Assembly (NCBI GenBank): GCA_964199315.1
Contig: OZ116709.1
Location: 8,370,001 to 8,434,000, forward strand
Source of the DNA: Orbicella franksi
Lineage: Eukaryota
Length of the DNA stretch: 64,000 nucleotides
Reading direction: 5' to 3'
The notes under the pieces were generated by a model that did no database searches, had not been told where the DNA came from, and was given only the letters and a program-made list of their open reading frames with translations. How positions within the stretch are numbered: position 1 is the first letter of the stretch; each line of letters opens with the position of its first letter. The translations under genes were made by a program, and so were the position numbers. Below are positions 1-12,239 of this stretch, piece after piece.

Positions 1-488
1 TGCTGTAGACCGTGGCGTCTACATCGACTGTAGCAAGTTTCACCTTTGCATTACACCTTGATCTCTAGATATTAAAAAATAATTGCTTTTGCAAAGGGTG
101 ATTAGTTTTATTTGGCGTGACGAGAGTTCTATTTTTGTCATAGACAGTGTTCTCCCTTATTTTCAGCACAACAGGTTTTTTACAATAACTGTCTAATTTC
201 TTGCATGCTGATTGGCTCATTTTTATCATCAATAAGAGTGCAGACAGATAAAATTTTAATTTATGCAAGCTTTCAAGTTCAACTCTCAGCTGTTAAACTG
301 TCAACTTTTAAACCAATGAGATTTTAGGGACTTTTTTAAGTAGCCAATGAAAAAGTGAGAAAAGCTATCGACAATGTTCATGTCATTTTGAATAGAACTC
401 ACTTATCTTTGTTTACGGCAAGTTTGCGGCGTTTTTTCCCCTCATTTATTCCCAGCATTTGACCATTTTGGGGTCTTGTTATTGTAAA

Positions 489-650
489 AAACAAATTGAC
501 ATCAGTTTTTTTAGGCGTCTGTCCTCTTATTGATGATAAATTTTGTCATAATATTGTCAAAGTTTATTGTGGAACCACTTTGACAATGTTATAACACAAT
601 TTATCATCAGTAAGAGGACAGACGCATAAAAAACTGACGTCAATTTGTTT
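489..650. repeat. Palindromic (hairpin-forming) end of a non-autonomous DNA element; the element probably extends to the window start
   Basis: Arm aaacaaattgacatcagtttttt..gcgtctgtcctcttattgatgataaatt is mirrored by aatttatcatcagtaagaggacagacgcataaaaaactgacgtcaatttgttt. Confidence 0.8.
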
Positions 651-834
651 AATAGAGCTTTTCAAACCGGTAGCGCAATCAGGTGAATCGCAACCACGTG
701 TACATGGAATATAAATCTTTAACATTCTTCTTAACTGAAACGCCGTCCTTAAATTGCATATGCAGTAAAAATAGTTAATTTTTAAATATTTATAAAATAG
801 TTACACACAATTCCAAAGTTTTAGACTTTTAAGC

Positions 835-1635
835 ATTGGCTGGGAAGGCGAGGGGGGCTGCAGCACCCCCAGGTACGGAAATTATGTGATTTTTCGGGTG
901 AAATGCTAAATTATTCGGGCAACGACACTTGAGAGAAAACATTACAAAATAATGCTGTTGGCATGATTTCCAAAACTCTTAAATAAAGTTTCCAGTTAGT
1001 TACTTTTAATTTTTTTAGAACTTTTTCTTTTAATAAGTCTTAGATTTTACTTGGATTGAGACTGTTGACAGATTGAGTATGCAAGCTTTCAATATAATTA
1101 TTTTTGTAATTATCGCTTTTTCATTGGATGTGGGAATTGTGAACATTTTTGTTTTGAGCATTTGAGTGCATTTGCATCCTGATTTCAACACACCCACGTT
1201 CGGGCATTGTGTAAATTTTTCGGGCAAGAAGGTCACTGGCCCCCCAAGTCCGAAGGTGCCCGTACGCCTATGCTTTTAAGCCCTGGCCAAAAGGTCTCGC
1301 AAGTAGTTGCAAGTAGCCGCGAGTTGAACTTGTGTAGAGACTTGCAAGTACATGCAAGTGGCAAAAAAAACATCAAAGGCTAGGGGCTACATACATATCC
1401 TGTATTTCATTGGCTAATAGGTTACTGTAACAACAAAAAGGCATCACTCATCTTGCGTTGACTTGGGTTGGGTGGCCAAACGGTGAGAAAGTTGCATTGA
1501 CTTCTGTAAAACTTTGATCTTGACCAAAGTGAGTGCAAGTCATCGCAAGTCAACGCAAGTGCACGCAAGGCCAGGCCAAACAGACTTGCAAGTAGACCCA
1601 AGTTCTCAACTTGTGTCCACTTGTGAGTCCCTTAA
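835..1635. mobile_element. Two adjacent MITE-like repeats (about 835-1272 and 1275-1635)
   Basis: The first has GC-rich ends and terminates in gtgcccgtacgcctatg. The second starts taagccctggccaaa and has repeated (t/c)gcaagt motifs and inverted ends. Family identity is from recall of anthozoan repeats only. Confidence 0.5.
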
Positions 1636-2188
1636 GGGTGGGAATTGACAACTTTACAAGTATTCAAAGCTATATATTTTGCCCCTAAAAATGTTCAGGG
1701 GAATTTAAAACTTATTGAAAACGCTACTGACTTTTTTGCTCAAAAAAAGTTTTCCAATGACTTTTTTAATTTCGAATTTGTTATAAATACAAAAAATTAG
1801 TAATTGGACGTCGTGTTGTATAATTCAGGGAATAATCGTACTCATTATGTCAAATTGACGTAGAACTATGGGCTTGTCCGATTTTGACATTACTCACCTG
1901 AAAGATTGAACGTTTGTGGGTAATAAGTTGTTTGTTACATCGCTTTTTGGTTTGTGCAGACCTGTAACAGTCAGAACATGGGTTATATCGGCTACAAATA
2001 CGAGCCATATGATAAAAACACATTTCTGATACCTTGGCACATTGTTATGCCAGGCTACGCTATAATTCTGTTTGGCTATAACACTTGTAGCTTTCCCTTT
2101 TCACAACATTATAAAAAGAGTAAAAATTAATAATATTCATTGTGTGCATTCGTAGTTGATTGTCTTTAATATCTCCTTTGCATTTCAG

Positions 2189-5100
2189 AAAAGTGCCCAG
2201 TTTCTTCAAAAGGAATTGCCCATACGTATAGCTCGTCGAGTTGTTGATTTTCAGAAACTTCCGCACATTGCACTGTGCAATCCAGTAATTCATGATGTGG
2301 TGAGTGAACTCTGTACATTACTTTCATATAATTATGATACGCAATTTTATATTTTGATGCTTTCACAAACCACAGGATGCATTTGCTATTTGCACTTTAT
2401 TGCTTATTTTCAATTGGTATTCTCGTACAACTGATGATGGATGTTGTTTCATTGGAAACATGTCTTGTTATTTAATATAAGATGTCATTGTGAATTTCAA
2501 ATTCATTGTACATGTGTGGCTTGTGAAAGCATTATCATACTTTATACTACTATTAGAAGCCTTGGTAATTTTTTTTTTACCATAAATTATACCAGTCCAA
2601 AGTCCAAGGGACTGAAAGAAGGGCAGGTGTTCTATCAAATATGTAGAATAAAAGTAAATAGGAATGAACCTTTTTACTGATGTCTGACACAATATCAATT
2701 TTGTTTCTTATTTTTTATATAAACAAAAAAACACCTGAACTGGTCAATTCATCTTGCCAAATTTAGTTGCAAATACATATATTCAAAGTTTCTGTACATT
2801 GCTTTCATAGGATATATATAATTTTATATTTTGTCAGACATGTAAATAACACCAGAGTCTGAAGTCCAAGAGACTGAAAGAAGGGCAGGATTTTTTTATC
2901 AAATTAATTGAATTTAAAGTGAATAGGAATACACCCTTTTACCCATGCTACACAATATCAACTATGTTTCTTATTTTTTTATCTAAGCAAGAAACCACCT
3001 CAATCTATAGATCAGTTTATCGCACCAAATTTAGTGAATACATACATTGTACATGTATGCAAAGTTTCATAAGACAGGCCTTCTCATAACGTGACGGTGC
3101 AATTTCGCACAATCGACCTCAAATTGTATCTGATTGCACCATTCACGAAAAATTGCTCATTTTAAAAAATAAACCATTAGTTAATGCTTTATCTGGAAAA
3201 ATGCCGCATCTACACATTGTTTCAAGATGATTTGCCTTTGAAAAAGTCTCGAAAACCTCCTACAACCTTTGATTTTGTAAACAATCAAAGTGTAAGTTGT
3301 TTCTTGGATGTCCAGGGACTGGAGCTAGTTTTCAGTCTCAAAGAAATGCCTATTGGTGCAACGCAAACAATCCCTTTCTTTGCTTGGGCCAATCAAAATT
3401 GCCTGTATATATCGACAACATATGATCCAAGTGATTTTTATTTCGACAGCAAAATGTAGTTTCTTTTGTATAATTCGAAATAAACGTCCCTTGTGGGTAA
3501 TTTTAATCGCCTGCTTATTCTTTGACTGAAAAGACTAAATCACACTTTCTGCCAAACTTAATTGTGAAAAAGTAAGCAAGAAAATATCTCTTCCACATGG
3601 ATAATAGGATGAAGAATGCAACATTGTGATCAATCATCTTTGGAAGTCCCTGGTGAACAAGCACTTTGCATTGAGTCTTTTTATTGCAATTTATGCATTG
3701 ATGTTTAATTTTGTTCCTTTATGATCAATTTGTCTTTGGAGCAGCCCAAACGTGGTTTTCTTCTTATGAAACCTATTAAAATATGCTTAAGATAGCTCAG
3801 GAAAAAATCACATAATTTGCATAATTTAATGCATAATAACCTGTTCCTATCTCATAATCTGCCCCAAAAATTTCGCATAATTTCTGGTTTTAATCACACC
3901 CTATCAGAATAGCTGATAAGAATCCTTTGTAACCTCATAAAAAGGAAACTTGCCTCCCAGCATAAATTTCTTTGTTAAAATTGGCAGGTTTGGGGTATTA
4001 CGCAACTTTGCTCATATGATAAATTGGGTGGTTTGGCTTTATGTTTGTTTGCATGAAAAAAGATCAAAGTGTGACATCAGTAAAAAGATCCACTGGTGGC
4101 TGCATATCCCATGGAGAAGCTCCTCATCCAATGCTTCTATATCAAACTAAAATTTAGAAGTGTTTGGTTTTCTGGAGGAAGGAAAACTGGAAAAATCAGG
4201 GATCTTTAAACTTCATTCATGTCTGGCTAAAATTATTTTTGCATCATCATTTTTGTTTAAAACCACTGTGTTTTTATAACTACTGGCTTTGTTTTGTCTT
4301 TTATTTTATTTTGTATTTTTTGTATTTTGTAGTATGAGTTATACCTTAGGGCCTTCAGTTTGGTGTACAAATTTCCAAAGGTATGTCTTAAAAACTAACT
4401 TCTTAAATGTGTAGATACTTATATGTATACCTGTAGAAGCGACGGTTTTTGTAACCTTTGTAGGAATATTGGCAAGGTGTTACTATCTGACAGTACTTTA
4501 ACCGAAATATTCCAGAATCTCCTATCATAATTCAAACCTACATGTATGACCAATTTGACACTGTATCACTGAGGTATAGTCAGCTAGTGGGAGATGGGTG
4601 GTGGTTCATACTTTTATGCTCTATCCATATGCATACATGTACATAGTGAGCATGGATGTAATGCAGATATCCTGCTTTATCAGTTAAATAAAGTAGGTGT
4701 ATCCAAGATTACACTGTAGCCTCTGAAAATACAGTACTTGTAGTCTATAAAACATTTTCGCTTGGATAGTTGAATGGTAATAGTTTGCTCTACTGTATTT
4801 TACAGGTGGAAACTCTTGAAGGAGAGGAAAGATACAATCGAACAATCAGACAGCTCTTGGACGATCATCAAAGTGTTGTGACTCATCTGGCTGAGGGATT
4901 CCATGAATGTCAGAAGAACGTACCGGTAAGTCAATATCATCATCATTGACCATTCCTTCTACATGACAATGATATGGGGAATGGGCTAGAATAATTTCCA
5001 AGTTGTCTTTTGCCTCTGTGTAAAATTGGTCTTATGAAAATGCATTCTGCCTGCAGGTTCATTTTCATGCAAATCAAACTCATTTTCATATGAAAGGTTT

Positions 5101-8100
5101 TTCTTGAGGACATGATTTAAAACAGAAGTACAAAGTAGCTCAGAAATGGCCTATTCGGCTACAACAAAGCATCTTCAAACTGCTCTGTCTGCTGCTACTA
5201 ACAGCTGCCATGTCTGCCAAGATATTTCAATCCATCTCCATCTGGAACATCCTCCAGGTTTCTGGTGGACAGCCTCTTCTCCTTCTGCCTTATGGCACTT
5301 ACAGCTGTATTGTAACGTGGAGGTGTGCATGATGGTTCATTCCAATGACATAACACAACCACATCTGACTCCCTATCCTGCTGTTCTTTTGACTTCCTTG
5401 TTTGTCGTCATATCACAGTGGAATTTTTGTTTACCACGATGCAGATACATGTATGTAGTAAGAGTTTGCAAAAAAAATTGGCATGTTGCCTAGAAATTAC
5501 ATAATGTTGTCTATGGTTGTGTGGAAAACTTGAATAGCAAATGGCCAATGAAGACTAGTGAAGGTCACAAATGTTGCAGAAGTGATGAATAGTCTGACAC
5601 AAATGGTGGCAATTTGTCGCTATTACTAAAAATAATCAGACTTACAATAATAAGATACTGTCGAGTCAGTGATATTGAGGCCACCAAGGTACTATGGGAT
5701 AACTGGAGTGCTGTTCAGGCTAAATGTACAGTAGTACTACCCATGCTAACCTTGACTAGTTGCCACTAATCATGACTATTCCACATTGTACCATTGATGT
5801 AACTGTTCACACTATTTGTCACTGTTCATACCTATTCACTTTCCTGGTACAGCATGAAAAGAGAGGCAAGATGTTTTGTTTCTATTTTTATGTGCATAAT
5901 AAGTTGACCTAGAGATCATTAATCTAGTGAAATTTGAATTTTGTATTGAGTTTCATTTCGAATACTAGATTCTTCATTTGAGGGGTGGAACTTTTTAGGG
6001 AAGGATGAAAACGACCTTGGCAATTATCAGGTGGGGATCTGGGATAAATGGTGACGATGTCTGAAACAACCAGCGTTGAACGCACAGACTTCTAGAGGGG
6101 TCTTGGAGCAATACTCCCACAGGAAATGTTTTGGATTTTAACTCTGTCAAGTCCCCTTTCCTAGGTTTCTGTGTCATTCTGAAAAATCTGACCAATTCCT
6201 GGATCTACACCTGGTAATCCCATTGAAATGTAAACTTATAGATGCGAATTTGAGTTATGAGTATTTTTGTTTTTGCAGTATGAAATTATAGATGCTTTTC
6301 TCAATCGTACATTGACATCCCGACTTGGAATCCGCATGTTGGCTGAACATCACCTCGCTCTGAGCATTGATAAGGTAAACTGGTGAAAATTTTATCTTTT
6401 AGAAATGCATCCATTAAACTATTAACTAGTAGGTGTTAAGGATAAACAGAAAACCTTAAAAAGTGTGGAACAGTCTATTACATCCATCGCAAACAATGTG
6501 ACAAACTTAATGTAGAATATGTTGGCAAAACTTCTAGTGTATTAGAAACTAAAGTGAAGGAACATCTGTCAAGGAATTTGTCAGCTGTTCATGAACATTG
6601 CTAGCTCACAGAACATTCAGTGGATTCTAGCAAAACAAAAGTTCTTGCCGCGGAAAGCAACATGTTCAAACGTCACATAAGGGAGACAATTGAGATCTGA
6701 TTATGAAAGCCCTCTTTGAACAGAGACAATGGCTTTGAATTAGCCAACATCTGTGACACCATTTTAGCCCCTTCAAGACCATAATGAACATCATGTAACC
6801 CTTCTTCACACTTATTGTGGCTGATGAAGTTTGCTGGAACTGAATGAAATATTCCACTTTTAATAACATTTTTGATTGCGCTCTGAGAACAGGAATTTTT
6901 TCTTTTTATATTTTATTCATGATTCCAGAGTAGGAACACAATATTTTTTATTCAAAATTGCTGATATGTTAATTGCAATATTTTACAGTTCTTTATGTTG
7001 CCCTCCATGTAATTTACCATTCCTACATATGTCATAAAATAATTTCCATGCATTTTTAACAATCTTGACAAAATAGCTGGTGGTGTTATATTGAGTAAGC
7101 AGACATTAGAGAGTTTTCATGTGATCAGTATTTACAGCAGAAGCCATTCCAAGCTCAAGAGACAACTTACATGTAGTTTGTATATGACCATTTCCAATGT
7201 CCAGGAAAATCTCAGCTCTTGATTTAATTTAGAAAATTATCCTGGTCAAAGTAAACATGTCCTCTCTATTAATCAAACTTGAATGCCAAATAACTATTTT
7301 CATTTTCATTTACAGCCAAACTACATTGGGATTATTTGTACTCACCTTAACCTTAGACAAATTGTTGAGAGATCTGCTGATTTTGCCAGGTAAAATTAAT
7401 TTGTAACTGTCATTTTCTTTGTTAATTTTTGTGGTGACGCTATCACTGCCCGATGTCTATGTCTTTTGGGTCAATGGGCAAGTATTTCTTTTTGTGCTGG
7501 CATATACATGTACTTTGCCTTGGCACTCTACAGAAGTTGCAAATTTTGAATTTCAGTGCTGGCTTTCCAAAAACAAACAAACAAACAAACAAACAATACA
7601 GGGCTTATGACCATTTCCATGAAAACAATCTGCATAGCAAAATCCTGACTAAGAAAGAATCAATCACAATGCTTGGATTTACCTTAAGACTACCTTACCA
7701 TATAGTAATACTAAGTTAATATTAGGTACTTTTGTATCTTTTTCTCCTCATCAGTAGAAAGAAAACTGGTAGGAGTGAGACTTTGCGGAAGTAGTATATT
7801 TAACAAATAGATTGCATGTTGCTTGGCATCTGTTCAGTAACAGATCACAGAGGACATCAAAATGTGGTCAACACAAAAGTGGCACACGAGGCAATAGCCA
7901 AGTGTGTCACTGATGTTCTTACTACGATATGACCTCTTCTGTGATCTGTTACAGAACAGATGCATGGTAACAACTGGAATCTACTTGTTTTTTTATAATA
8001 AAGAAACACAAAGAATGCTAATGACATCATCTATGTGTCTGTCCTCCAATCGTAAAGTGAGAATAATTTAACTTATTATTTAATACCCTATGGTTAAGTG

Positions 8101-9940
8101 GCAGAATACTATGGTAATTATTGTAGTATGCATCTTCAAAGGAGTTAATTTCTCTTTTTCAGGCAAGTCTGTGAACACACATATGGTGTAGCTCCAGGCC
8201 TTATTGTTAATGGCCACACAAAAGCAGTCTTCCCTTACATTCCTGCGCCACTGGAGTACATTCTCCAGGAACTTCTGAAAAATGCCATGAGGTAAATTAA
8301 TGAATCTTTGACTTCTAAAGACATTTTCCCAACCTTGTCCATTCAGGTGCATGAAACATTGCTTTCTACCACTCTCTCATGACCGAGTGGAAAGAGTAAA
8401 ATGGAAAGATCCAGTAAACACCCATATATAAGAACAAGTGGAATTAGAACATCAGGCTGAAAGACTTGGCCAATAAAGCACCATATAATTAAGAACCAAT
8501 TCAGCCTGATAAATAAAACATGGTCTTATATGAAAAGAAAGAGGATGACTGAATAAGAAACCACTCATATTAAAGTATTATGGTATTTAAAATTTATTTT
8601 TTAGTGTGTTTTTAAGTAATTTAACATTGTATGTTAATGACATCTTTAGCAATGTATGAAGAGTAGTATTTCTGAAACAAATTTTAAGAACATTTTCAGG
8701 CTGATATTGCACTAAGCACCTGGTAAATGAGAACTTGATCAGCCTGAACTCCGAAATCATAGGTTCTTATTTGTGATATGTGGTTGTTTGCTGTATTCTC
8801 ATGCAAAATGTTTTTCATTTCAGAGCCAGTGTGGAACACCACCTTGACACGCCTCTCGAGGTGCCAAATATTGTGGTCACCTTGTGCAGTAATGACACAG
8901 AATTCTTTGTCAGGTAACAACAACTATAGTGGACTACATCTTCTTACACAACAAACTCACATGCACTCAGTCACTCAACCTTGCCTAGTCTTTGCAGCAC
9001 ATAAGGCAAATGAACACCAGCTAGTTTTTTTTTTTTTGAAAAATGAGAAAAGGCACAAAAAAAAATATATTTCCAGAGTTTATGAAATGACGTCTTTATG
9101 AACTTCAGCTAAATAAAGAAAGTGAGCAAAACTTGTATTTTGTAACACGAAACTCTGGTTTCACCTTGACCTTTGTCCATATTTTAATCCATTAACCATC
9201 CCTACCATCGTTACATTAACATTAATTTTTATCCTTACGTCCTAAACTGTTATTAAGTACTGTATTTCACATTCAAACCATCGTTGAATGTTGGTTTCCT
9301 AATTTTTCTTGGTTTTTGAGCTTTTGGAAGTCATGTTCGTGAATTTTTCAAGCTTGTCTTTTGTAATCCGTGTCAGTCATCTCCATCCTCAACCATCTTT
9401 GTTCTTTTATAGCTTATTATTTTCTCTTTGGTGTTTTTCGATCTTTGTAGACTATTATTTTCAGGTTTCCTTTAATTTAAAGGTAATTTTGTGCAGGGAC
9501 AAAATAACTGAAAATATCGCGACTGAGCTCCTTGAAAAACAGATGACACTGTTCCTTAAACTAGAAACTTTTTTTCTGTGTGAATACAAATGAGTATTTT
9601 TTTTAATGCTTTTCATCGCAGGGTGTCTGATCGTGGAGGAGGCATTCCTGAATCCAAGCTCCAGGACATCTTTAAGTATTCATTTACCACCATGGGAGAC
9701 CGTAGCACTATAAGACCCTCGGACAGTGAAAATATGTTTTCCGAAATGTGCGCTGGGCACCCAAACAATTCACCCAGCGGGGGTCCCATGGCAGGCTGGG
9801 GCTTTGGCCTTCCTACGTCACGGGCGTATGCCACGTACCTCGGAGGGTCCCTTCAGCTGCACTCCATGGAGGGCCTGGGTACGGACGTGTATTTGCGACT
9901 GAGGCACATTGATGGGAAGAAAGAGAGCTTTCGAATTTGA
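2189..9940 (+). CDS. BCKDK: Branched-chain alpha-ketoacid dehydrogenase kinase (mitochondrial GHKL-type kinase), 5'-partial; first exon(s) lie upstream of the window
   Basis: Exons with AG/GT boundaries and continuous frame: 2189-2299 ([37 protein letters not shown]), 4333-4380 ([16 protein letters not shown]), 4806-4925, 6279-6374 ([22 protein letters not shown]), 7316-7389, 8163-8291 (N-box [14 protein letters not shown]), 8824-8913, 9622-9940 (G1 box SDRGGGIP; G2 box [24 protein letters not shown]; C-terminus [17 protein letters not shown]). The C-terminus matches BCKDK rather than PDK1-4. Confidence 0.96.
2583..3050 (+). repeat. Diverged local tandem duplication (about 260-bp period) in a BCKDK intron
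   Basis: agtccaagggactgaaagaagggcagg...acacaatatcaa...tgtttcttattttttt...ccaaatttagt occurs at about 2600 and again at about 2860. Confidence 0.8.
4990..5155. mobile_element. MITE of the AATAG...CTATT type
   Basis: Degenerate inverted termini (aataatttccaagtt / agctcagaaatggcctatt) flank about 130 bp of AT-rich interior. Confidence 0.5.
5158..5400 (-). mobile_element. Degenerate 3' end of an RTE-clade LINE
   Basis: Minus-strand translation with stops and frameshifts gives [13 protein letters not shown] and [18 protein letters not shown], matching the RTE ORF C-terminal pattern GxRxRGRPxxTW...AxDRxxWR. Confidence 0.55.
6461..6860 (+). mobile_element. Penelope-like element remnant: GIY-YIG endonuclease plus 3' region
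   Basis: Translation [91 protein letters not shown] has the Penelope GIY-YIG hallmarks (VYxI, YxGxT, EH, SAxxEH, KRxxxExxxI, PSLNRDxG), with in-frame stops. Confidence 0.85.
7795..8050. repeat. Palindromic hairpin element in a BCKDK intron
   Basis: gcatctgttcagtaacagatcacagagg (7826-7853) is the near-exact reverse complement of cctcttctgtgatctgttacagaacagatgc (about 7933-7963). Confidence 0.8.
9342..9532 (+). mobile_element. Partial copy of a TTAA-targeting (Kolobok-like) MITE
   Basis: Aligns by eye with 43415-43642 and 56208-56448 (ctccatcc..aaccat..tgttc; aggtaattttgt; actgagctcct). The 5' TIR is missing. Confidence 0.7.
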
Positions 9941-12239
9941 TATCAGAAGTTCAGTGAATGTGATTTGATCCAAGGGAGTCGGCTGTTACTGCTTCAAAGG
10001 GGCTGTGTTTCAGTTAAAAATTAGTTTTGCAAAGCTAAGAAATTTCTTTTCCAAAAAAAAAAAACCTAAAGCAGATTATTATAATATAAACCAATTGGGA
10101 TGGTTGTATATCGGGAAGATTAGAAATAATTACAGTCTGTCAATTTAGTTGTTTGACAGTCAGAATAGTTTGTTAACTTTTAACTATTAGGATCCTAGTG
10201 TGTGACCATTCAAATGAAAAGCTACTGAGCAGTACTTTCGTGGTGCTGCTCATGTTTTAACATTGTACAAATTAGAATTTGGGAATTTTTTTAAATTTTG
10301 AGCCCATTGTGTCACCCTTTGGAGTGAAAGGGTTCAGTTCTGTCCGTTTCGGGAAATAGAATTGTGATGTTGATTGTAAGGCTACTGTTAAACGTCTTGA
10401 GCTGTCTCTGGCTCTCGCAAATCGTGGTTGATAATTTTAAAAAAGTTGCAACTTGTAACTCCTTCCGTTTTGAAGAAGGACTTAGCTAACTGAGGGAAAT
10501 AAGTACCGGGTTATTTTTAATAATTATACAAAAGTACGTATTCGCAGTTTGGGGAACAAAACAGTTGTCAAAGCATCCGAGCAGTTTTCTTTTCTTATTG
10601 TTCAATCAGAAGCGAAAGTTGTCACGTGGCTTTGTGTTACGTCATGTTGCTTAGCAACATCTGCTGAAAATGTGTTTTTTTTAGGAGGGGAGGGGGCGAG
10701 GACTTCCTTCAGGTATTTGAAGGTGGTGGGGGTCACCAGAACAAGCGAAGAAACTAAATTGGAAACAACAGTATAGTAAGTAAAGCAAAGGTTTAATTTC
10801 ACTAGATTGACACTTTAGGGGTAAACAGACTTGCCACTGATAAACTCGTGGCCCTCAATGAACAAAATGTTTCACTTTTGCCATAGACCCTCTGGACGTA
10901 GTGGGCCGGCATTTGATAATACTAATAACAAAGTTAAAATATGAAATAAAAATAATAAGGTGATTTTATTTTGATAAAAACGAAACCAAGGTCAGTAAAT
11001 ATTGAAGTTCCTGCTCAAAGATACTTGAAATTATTTTGTCCCAAACGGAAGGAACTACGTTTTGAAAAGTGCAAACAATGCTAAACCATTTAGCCATATA
11101 TGCTGATCGTTATTTTTAAAAGTTTGTTGATTTCTCGCCTAATGCAAATAGAAACCTGAGGAAAACTTATATTGGGAACATGATAATTCGTAACCGATAG
11201 GGGAAAGTATTGCAAATTGTAATGTTAATCAATTTTTAAAGAGTATTTAATCGTCTGGCTTAAGTGAGTAATTATTTAATTCCAAGAAAATTAGGTAAAA
11301 GGTTAAGCGAGCTCCATACTAATAGTTATATTTTAACCTCAAATGGAAAGTTAAACTACAGTTTACTCTTAATTTATTAACTAAAAGAATTGAGACACTA
11401 TTAATTAAAGATAATTTTCAATAATTTTATTTACGATGTGTAATGTTTCGAGAAGTGTCATTCAAGCGACATGCGCGTGATAGTCACGTGAAGTACTTGA
11501 CGGTCAAGAAAGATATGTCCGGCGTCCGTGACCAATGTCAGGTTGTCTTAATACCAGCCTAGGCTCTAGGCGTCCTCGACTCTAACGTCGCCCATGGCAA
11601 GAGAGATTAGGGTACAAACCTCTCTTTAAGGCTAAGAGAAGTTCTTCTTGGTTGCTTTCCCACGCACTGTCCTCGTTGCTATAAATTACAGAGATCCGAA
11701 AAAGAAATTAAAGTGAAGAAGAAACAGGGCACCAATGCGCGATATGTTTGTTATGCAGAGGGAGTTGTTCCCATGCCCCCTCCCGCACCAAGCCGAAACG
11801 AACCATCCTAAATATATTTGACTACGAGCACTCTGGTTTTGTTCGTAAATTCCCCCGCGCCATTTAAACAATGAAATTTATGTAAAGAAGGAAAAGAAAC
11901 TTTCTTTTTCCTTCTTTCCATGTCAGCGCTTCTCGCTGCTTAATCGTTCTTTTGCTTCGCATTTATGTACATTTATATTTATGTATTCGCGTTCCACGCT
12001 AGTAATAGAAAGAGACTGACTACTCGCAGTTTAAAATAAACTAATAAATTGCGCGACGACATAGCATTTCATCATTTTTAAGGGCGTGTCTGTTTCATTT
12101 AAATTCTTATGCATGGTGTTGATTAATGAATTAAACAGCCGCTTAACCACTCCCTTAAAATGCATTTATACCGTTTCGCTGAACAGAGTTCTGGGAACTT
12201 AGCTTAAACAAATGCCTTAAAACCTGGGTTTCTGTAGCA

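Noticed and set aside
1-70. Possible upstream BCKDK exon at the window start
   Set aside because: No frame encodes the expected upstream BCKDK residues, and the sequence runs on into the repeat that ends at 650.
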